DNA from: an uncultured Pseudomonadales bacterium
Lineage (GTDB): Bacteria; Patescibacteriota; Microgenomatia; UBA1400; PJMF01
NCBI GenBank assembly: GCA_964607285.1
Contig: CAZSJW010000001.1
Span: 134,716-198,715 of the forward strand
DNA: 64,000 nucleotides
Direction of reading: 5' to 3'
Both the position numbers and the translations under genes were made by a program. Below, piece after piece: positions 59,466 to 64,000 of this stretch. Positions within the stretch are counted from its first letter, which is position 1; each line of letters starts with the position of its first letter. Under the pieces are notes generated by a model. It was not told where the DNA came from. It saw only the letters and a program-made list of their open reading frames with translations, and made no database searches.

Positions 59466-61103
59466 ATGAAGCAGTCACGTGCATTGTACGCATTAAGCAT
59501 TGTTATTGTTTTGGGCGGATTGTTGCGCTTGTATGCTTTAGGCAGCGTTCCACATGGCTTGGCATGGGATGAGGCAGCAATTGGATATAATGGTTTTGCT
59601 ATTGTAAAAACTAGGCGTGACGAATGGTTGCAACGGCTACCTGTTTCTTTTCGCTCATTTGGAGATTATAAAGCTCCCCTTGCTATCTATATAAACGGTC
59701 TTAGTACAAAAATTTTGGGTTTACATCCCCTTGGAGTACGACTTCCATTTGCAGTTGCAGGAACAGTATCAATCGGTGTTTTCGCAGCGGTACTCTTTGA
59801 GCTCTGGAGAAATGAAAAGGAACAATCAGCCGCAATGCTTGTTGCCGCTACAGCATTGATGACATCGCCGTGGCATACACACTATTCTAGAGTTGCATTT
59901 GAGTCAGGCATTGCATTGTTTTTACTTCTCTGCGCAGTTTTTAGTTTTCTGAGGTTTTGCATAGATTCTAGAATTACTAGACAGCTGTTTTGGGTCAGTA
60001 TATCTGCAGTTTCAGCATCTCTATCTTTGTATACCTACCACAGTTCTAAAATCACCACACTTGTTTTACTGTTTGGCATGATGATTATGTTCAGAGAGAA
60101 CATGAAAAAAAGAGTTTGGGCTGTGCTGCTTGGTGCTTTGCTTTTCTTCATTACTATACTTCCATTACTTCGAGATTCAATTTTTGGAGACGGATTGACC
60201 AGAGCGAATGTTACTATATTTTCAAAAACACAAGACGTATGGACAGCGATTGCCACCATGCTACAACAGTTGTTGACACATCTTGATCATAGATTTTTAG
60301 TGCTTGGGCAAACAACATCACTTCGTCATGGTGATGGGATGTGGGGTGTTCTTCTTCCAACCACATATTTCTTTGCTCTGCTTGCTGTTATGTACTTTGC
60401 TGTTCGTATATACACTGCTGCCACATCGACTCAAGTGTTCTTAACAAGTCCGTCAGAGAGAAGAACAATGATTGCCTTTCTTTGGATAATTGCAGGACTG
60501 TTGCCAGCAGCTATAGGCACAGAAGTTCCTCACAGTAACCGTGCTTTATTAGCCTTGCCAGGATTCTTGTTACTAGCAGTTGAAGGGGTATTTTTATCCT
60601 GGCACACATTGAAGAAACTTGCTATTAACCAAAGTGTATTAGGTTCACACGGTGAAAAGAACCTTGTTCCTAAGCTTGTGCTGGGCACTCTATTCATGGC
60701 TCACAGCTTTATTGCTATTTCCTACATAAGTGACTACTTTACTCATTTCCCAAAGAATTCCACTGCCGCTTTTTCTGATGGGTATCTTGAGGCAATGTCA
60801 ATAGCTGCGCAATACGAAAAAGGCACTCATGGAAGACCTGAAGTTGATACAATTTTGTTTAGTGATGCTTACGGTCAGCCGTATATTTATGCTTTGTTTG
60901 TGAGAAGAACCGACCCTATCTGGTATCAAGGTGGATCGTTGATCAAGTACCAATTTTCATCAATCAAACCATCAGATTTACTACGTGAGAAAACTTTGGT
61001 GGTTGCAACACCTGGTGATGGTCTGCCAGTTGCTTCTGCAGACCACGTGGTATACGGAAGTGATGGATCCATACGATTTTTACTATTTACAACACCCAAA
61101 TGA
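59466..61103 (+). CDS. GT-C membrane glycosyltransferase, ArnT/PMT-like (COG1807). Paralog 1 of 3.
   Basis: TM1, then LAWDEAAIGYNGFAI...RRDEW (loop-1 DE motif), followed by multiple TM helices and a C-terminal soluble domain. Confidence 0.55.
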   Translation: MKQSRALYALSIVIVLGGLLRLYALGSVPHGLAWDEAAIGYNGFAIVKTRRDEWLQRLPVSFRSFGDYKAPLAIYINGLSTKILGLHPLGVRLPFAVAGTVSIGVFAAVLFELWRNEKEQSAAMLVAATALMTSPWHTHYSRVAFESGIALFLLLCAVFSFLRFCIDSRITRQLFWVSISAVSASLSLYTYHSSKITTLVLLFGMMIMFRENMKKRVWAVLLGALLFFITILPLLRDSIFGDGLTRANVTIFSKTQDVWTAIATMLQQLLTHLDHRFLVLGQTTSLRHGDGMWGVLLPTTYFFALLAVMYFAVRIYTAATSTQVFLTSPSERRTMIAFLWIIAGLLPAAIGTEVPHSNRALLALPGFLLLAVEGVFLSWHTLKKLAINQSVLGSHGEKNLVPKLVLGTLFMAHSFIAISYISDYFTHFPKNSTAAFSDGYLEAMSIAAQYEKGTHGRPEVDTILFSDAYGQPYIYALFVRRTDPIWYQGGSLIKYQFSSIKPSDLLREKTLVVATPGDGLPVASADHVVYGSDGSIRFLLFTTPK

Positions 61104-62815
61104 GCAATCGTATTTTCAGAAATCATATCGCTATTATTCTAGCAATTCTATTTGTAGCAGTAGTGTTGCGTGTTTACTCCCTTGCCAGTTTACCTATAAG
61201 TCCATATTGGGAGGAGGTGGCAGTTGCGTATGATGCATACTCATTACTACAGACAGGTCATGATCATCATGGAAATTTTTTGCCAGTTGTAGCCCTTGAG
61301 TCGTTTGGCGATTGGAAACCATCTGGCTATGCGTATGCACAGATACCTAGTATAGCCGTTTTTGGTCTTCACACATTCGCGCTAAGACTCCCTGCAGCAA
61401 TTTCAGGGGTATCCCTAGTAATATTGGCAGGGTATGTTAGTTGGAAGCTCACCCAAAGTATGACTGTCCTGACGCTTGCGATGGCTCTCACTGCAATTTC
61501 CCCTTGGCAGATTATATTTTCTAGGGCTGGTTGGGAAGTTATGCTCGCAACAGCACTTTTTTCTTGGGGGGCTGCAATCGTAACACGTGCTTTGTTAGAA
61601 ATGCCTAAGAAATCTGAACTGTTGTTAATTCTTGGTTGTCTATCGCTATCATTCTCTGCTTACACCTATCATGCCATGCGACTACTGGTCCCATTGTTTT
61701 TGGTTAGTATAGCTTTGTTTGCTATTGCAACAGCTCATAAAAATAACAAGAATGAAGTAAAAGTGGTTTTTAAAAACTGCATCATTCTCGCGCTTGTAAG
61801 TTTTCTCACATTTATACCATTTTTACGTGTTTGGGGTTCCCCTGAACTTGGACAACGGTTTGCTGAAACTAGCATTTTTTCTGACATTGAAATCATCCAT
61901 CGAAGTAACGAAGCAATTAAACTAAGCGATAACTCTTTTTTTGCCAGAGTAGCACATCATAGGTACGTAGAGTACTCCTCAGTACTTTTCACTAACTATC
62001 TTAGCCATTTTAGTCCGAAGTTCTTATTTATCACTGGCGATGTAAACCCAAGACATGCAACAGGATATGGAGGTCATTTATACGGGCTAGACTCCATATT
62101 GCTAATTGCTGGTGTCCTTGCAGGTCTCTCGAGAGTTACACACTCAAAATCTTCAAGACCTTGGGCATTTTTTATATGTTGCTTAGTATTTCTATCTCCA
62201 ATACCAGCAAGTGTAACCAACGCGACCCCTCACGCTTTACGAACACTACCAATGAGCTTGGGACTACTTATTTTAGTATCTGTTGGTGCTCAACAGTTAC
62301 TTGCAGTGACTACAAAAAAGTTTGAACGCTTTTTCTCTCAAGCAATTATACTCACTGTAGCAGTTCTACTTTACAGCTTGCAACCAATAGCCTGGTGGAG
62401 ACACTATACAGCGGTCTATTCTATTACTTCCGCTTCTCAGTGGCAGTACGGATATAGGCAATTATATGAGGAGTTGGCTCGTCTTAGTGAAACTAGTCCT
62501 GTATCAGAGATCTATGTGAGTAGAGTGTATGGTAGACCTGCCATGTACTTATGGTTTTATAGACAAACACCACCTTCTGCTGTTCAAGAAGTTAATTCAA
62601 TAGCTAACAAAGATCAAGGAGAGTATCTTGAGTTTGACCGTTATAAGTTTTTCACTAAAGTATCGGAAATACCCATCAAACCAATGATACTTGCAGTTTC
62701 TCCAAATCAATTGCATGATGTAGTTTCTCTGAATAAGTCTTTGCAAGTTTCAAGCATACTACGTAATCCTCAAGGAGAAGAAATCTGGTACATTCTTACG
62801 CAATTTGCAGAGTAA
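61100..62815 (+). CDS. GT-C membrane glycosyltransferase, ArnT/PMT-like. Paralog 2 of 3.
   Basis: PYWEEVAVAYDAYSLLQTGHDHHGNFLP. The architecture matches paralog 1, and its start overlaps the upstream stop. Confidence 0.55.
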   Translation: MSNRIFRNHIAIILAILFVAVVLRVYSLASLPISPYWEEVAVAYDAYSLLQTGHDHHGNFLPVVALESFGDWKPSGYAYAQIPSIAVFGLHTFALRLPAAISGVSLVILAGYVSWKLTQSMTVLTLAMALTAISPWQIIFSRAGWEVMLATALFSWGAAIVTRALLEMPKKSELLLILGCLSLSFSAYTYHAMRLLVPLFLVSIALFAIATAHKNNKNEVKVVFKNCIILALVSFLTFIPFLRVWGSPELGQRFAETSIFSDIEIIHRSNEAIKLSDNSFFARVAHHRYVEYSSVLFTNYLSHFSPKFLFITGDVNPRHATGYGGHLYGLDSILLIAGVLAGLSRVTHSKSSRPWAFFICCLVFLSPIPASVTNATPHALRTLPMSLGLLILVSVGAQQLLAVTTKKFERFFSQAIILTVAVLLYSLQPIAWWRHYTAVYSITSASQWQYGYRQLYEELARLSETSPVSEIYVSRVYGRPAMYLWFYRQTPPSAVQEVNSIANKDQGEYLEFDRYKFFTKVSEIPIKPMILAVSPNQLHDVVSLNKSLQVSSILRNPQGEEIWYILTQFAE

Positions 62816-62844
62816 TATAGTATATATATGTTGGCCTAAATACC

Positions 62845-64000
62845 GTGTTTACGCTATTAAAATCAATCACCTCCTTTCAAATATATGTACTTCTAGTACT
62901 ATCAGTTTTTTTGACTGGTGGGGTGGTTGTTAGATTGTATCTACTAGGTTCCATACCGTCTGCTTTGTACTGGGATGAGGTAGCTATGTTGGCTGATGCT
63001 CGTATGTTGCTCCAACATGGTACAGACTTGCACGGTAAGTCTTGGCTGCAAAGTACATTTGTATCTTACGGTGACTACAAACTACCTGTGTACATCTGGA
63101 TGACTACTATCAGTGCAAAACTTGTTGGTATTACACCTCTCGCAGTACGGTTACCCAGTATGATTGCAGGGTTGCTTACTGTGTTGAATGCCTCTTTAAT
63201 TACTGGATTGATCATGCAGACTTTGCATGTACCAATTAGTAAAAACCAAAAAACAATTGCAGTTGCAGCAACTGCTGCACTTGCTGCTGTAACGCCATGG
63301 TCTATTTTTTTCTCCCGAACAGGATTTGAAGCACATCTTAGTCAGGCAATTGCGGGATGCTCTGTTGTTTTACTTTTATATAGCTTGAAAGCCACTGTAC
63401 GTCCTGTTTTACAGATGTTAGGTGTATGTATAGCAACTTTGATTGCAGCATTAGGAGTGTATACATACTACTCAACAAGGTATGTCATACCAATTTTGTT
63501 TTGTGTGGTTATTATCGCAGTTTTGAGCCAGAGTTCTTATGGGTTACAAAAACGAATAAAACAGACTGTATTGCTTTTAGCTATGTTTATACTGACTTTT
63601 TGGATCAGCCTACAACCGATACTACACTCACCGACATATGTCGCCAGTAACCAGTACAGACTCTCTACACCATCAGTGTTACAAATGGAACCATTTGTTA
63701 GCACATCCAACGAGTGGAGAGCTATGGCAGGAAACACCGTTATAGATCGTGTGATTTTTCATCGAAGAGTGTTTCAAGTGCTGCAGTTAGCAAAACATAT
63801 AGCTAATCACTTAGATCCTACGTTTTTGTTCTTTTCTGGAGATGCTAATCTTCGGCATGGAACGGGGCGGCACGGCATACTGCTTTTTACCACTCTTCCA
63901 GCTGTGCTAGCGGGATGGGGTTGGCTATTACTCAGATCAAAGCTTTCGGCCAGCATATTTGGTATATGGTGGTTCGCTGCTTTACTGCCCGCTTCTGTAC
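62845..64000 (+). CDS. GT-C membrane glycosyltransferase, ArnT/PMT-like. Paralog 3 of 3; the 3' end is cut by the window end.
   Basis: The frame is open from the stop at 62812-62814 to the window end. It reads ..VRLYLLGSIPSALYWDEVAMLADARMLLQHGTDLHGKSW.. with the same loop-1 motif. It is missing from the ORF track because there is no stop in the window. Confidence 0.5.
   Translation, partial: MFTLLKSITSFQIYVLLVLSVFLTGGVVVRLYLLGSIPSALYWDEVAMLADARMLLQHGTDLHGKSWLQSTFVSYGDYKLPVYIWMTTISAKLVGITPLAVRLPSMIAGLLTVLNASLITGLIMQTLHVPISKNQKTIAVAATAALAAVTPWSIFFSRTGFEAHLSQAIAGCSVVLLLYSLKATVRPVLQMLGVCIATLIAALGVYTYYSTRYVIPILFCVVIIAVLSQSSYGLQKRIKQTVLLLAMFILTFWISLQPILHSPTYVASNQYRLSTPSVLQMEPFVSTSNEWRAMAGNTVIDRVIFHRRVFQVLQLAKHIANHLDPTFLFFSGDANLRHGTGRHGILLFTTLPAVLAGWGWLLLRSKLSASIFGIWWFAALLPASV

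Noticed and set aside
1-64000. Searched for CRISPR arrays, rRNA genes, transposases/IS elements and phage integrases.
   Set aside because: I saw no regularly spaced direct repeats of 25-40 bp, no rRNA-like conserved stretches, and no DDE, HUH or tyrosine-recombinase motifs. The only tandem repeat found is the 17-bp duplication at 13722-13755.

Overview
The window is 64 kb of a compact, moderately AT-rich (about 40-45% GC) bacterial genome that uses the standard code; TGA and TAG both terminate genes. Genes sit close together and many overlap by a few bases. The content falls into four parts. (1) Housekeeping genes: a 3'-truncated CCA-adding enzyme, recJ, aspS preceded by a T-box leader, typA, gltX, trmD, ybeY, dnaX, ybaB, rdgB, an M29 aminopeptidase, class-I fbaB, an alpha-glucan phosphorylase, a KefB-like antiporter, a tRNA-Gln(CUG) and a two-component pair. 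(2) Two large cell-envelope glycan loci. The first has ugd, gmd, an Rmd/Fcl-like reductase, a Dpm1-like polyprenyl-phosphate sugar synthase fused to a GtrA domain, and several ArnT/PMT-like GT-C membrane transferases. The second has rmlBCD, an LCP ligase, a Wzx flippase, five GT2/GT4 genes and three tandem ArnT/PMT-like paralogs. (3) An ancient tandem segmental duplication of the aspS-3'end / gene X / dacA unit. It has left a chimeric dacA-5'::aspS-3' junction, one decayed copy of gene X and one decayed dacA, and it encloses a roughly 5.2 kb, visibly more AT-rich island of five co-oriented ORFan genes. I regard this island as the best candidate for something undescribed, but its function is unknown. 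(4) Several genes are interrupted exactly at homopolymer runs. The most notable is dnaX, where an A11 run separates a gamma-length product from the tau C-terminal extension; this could be transcriptional slippage or an indel error. No rRNA, CRISPR array, transposase or integrase was seen.
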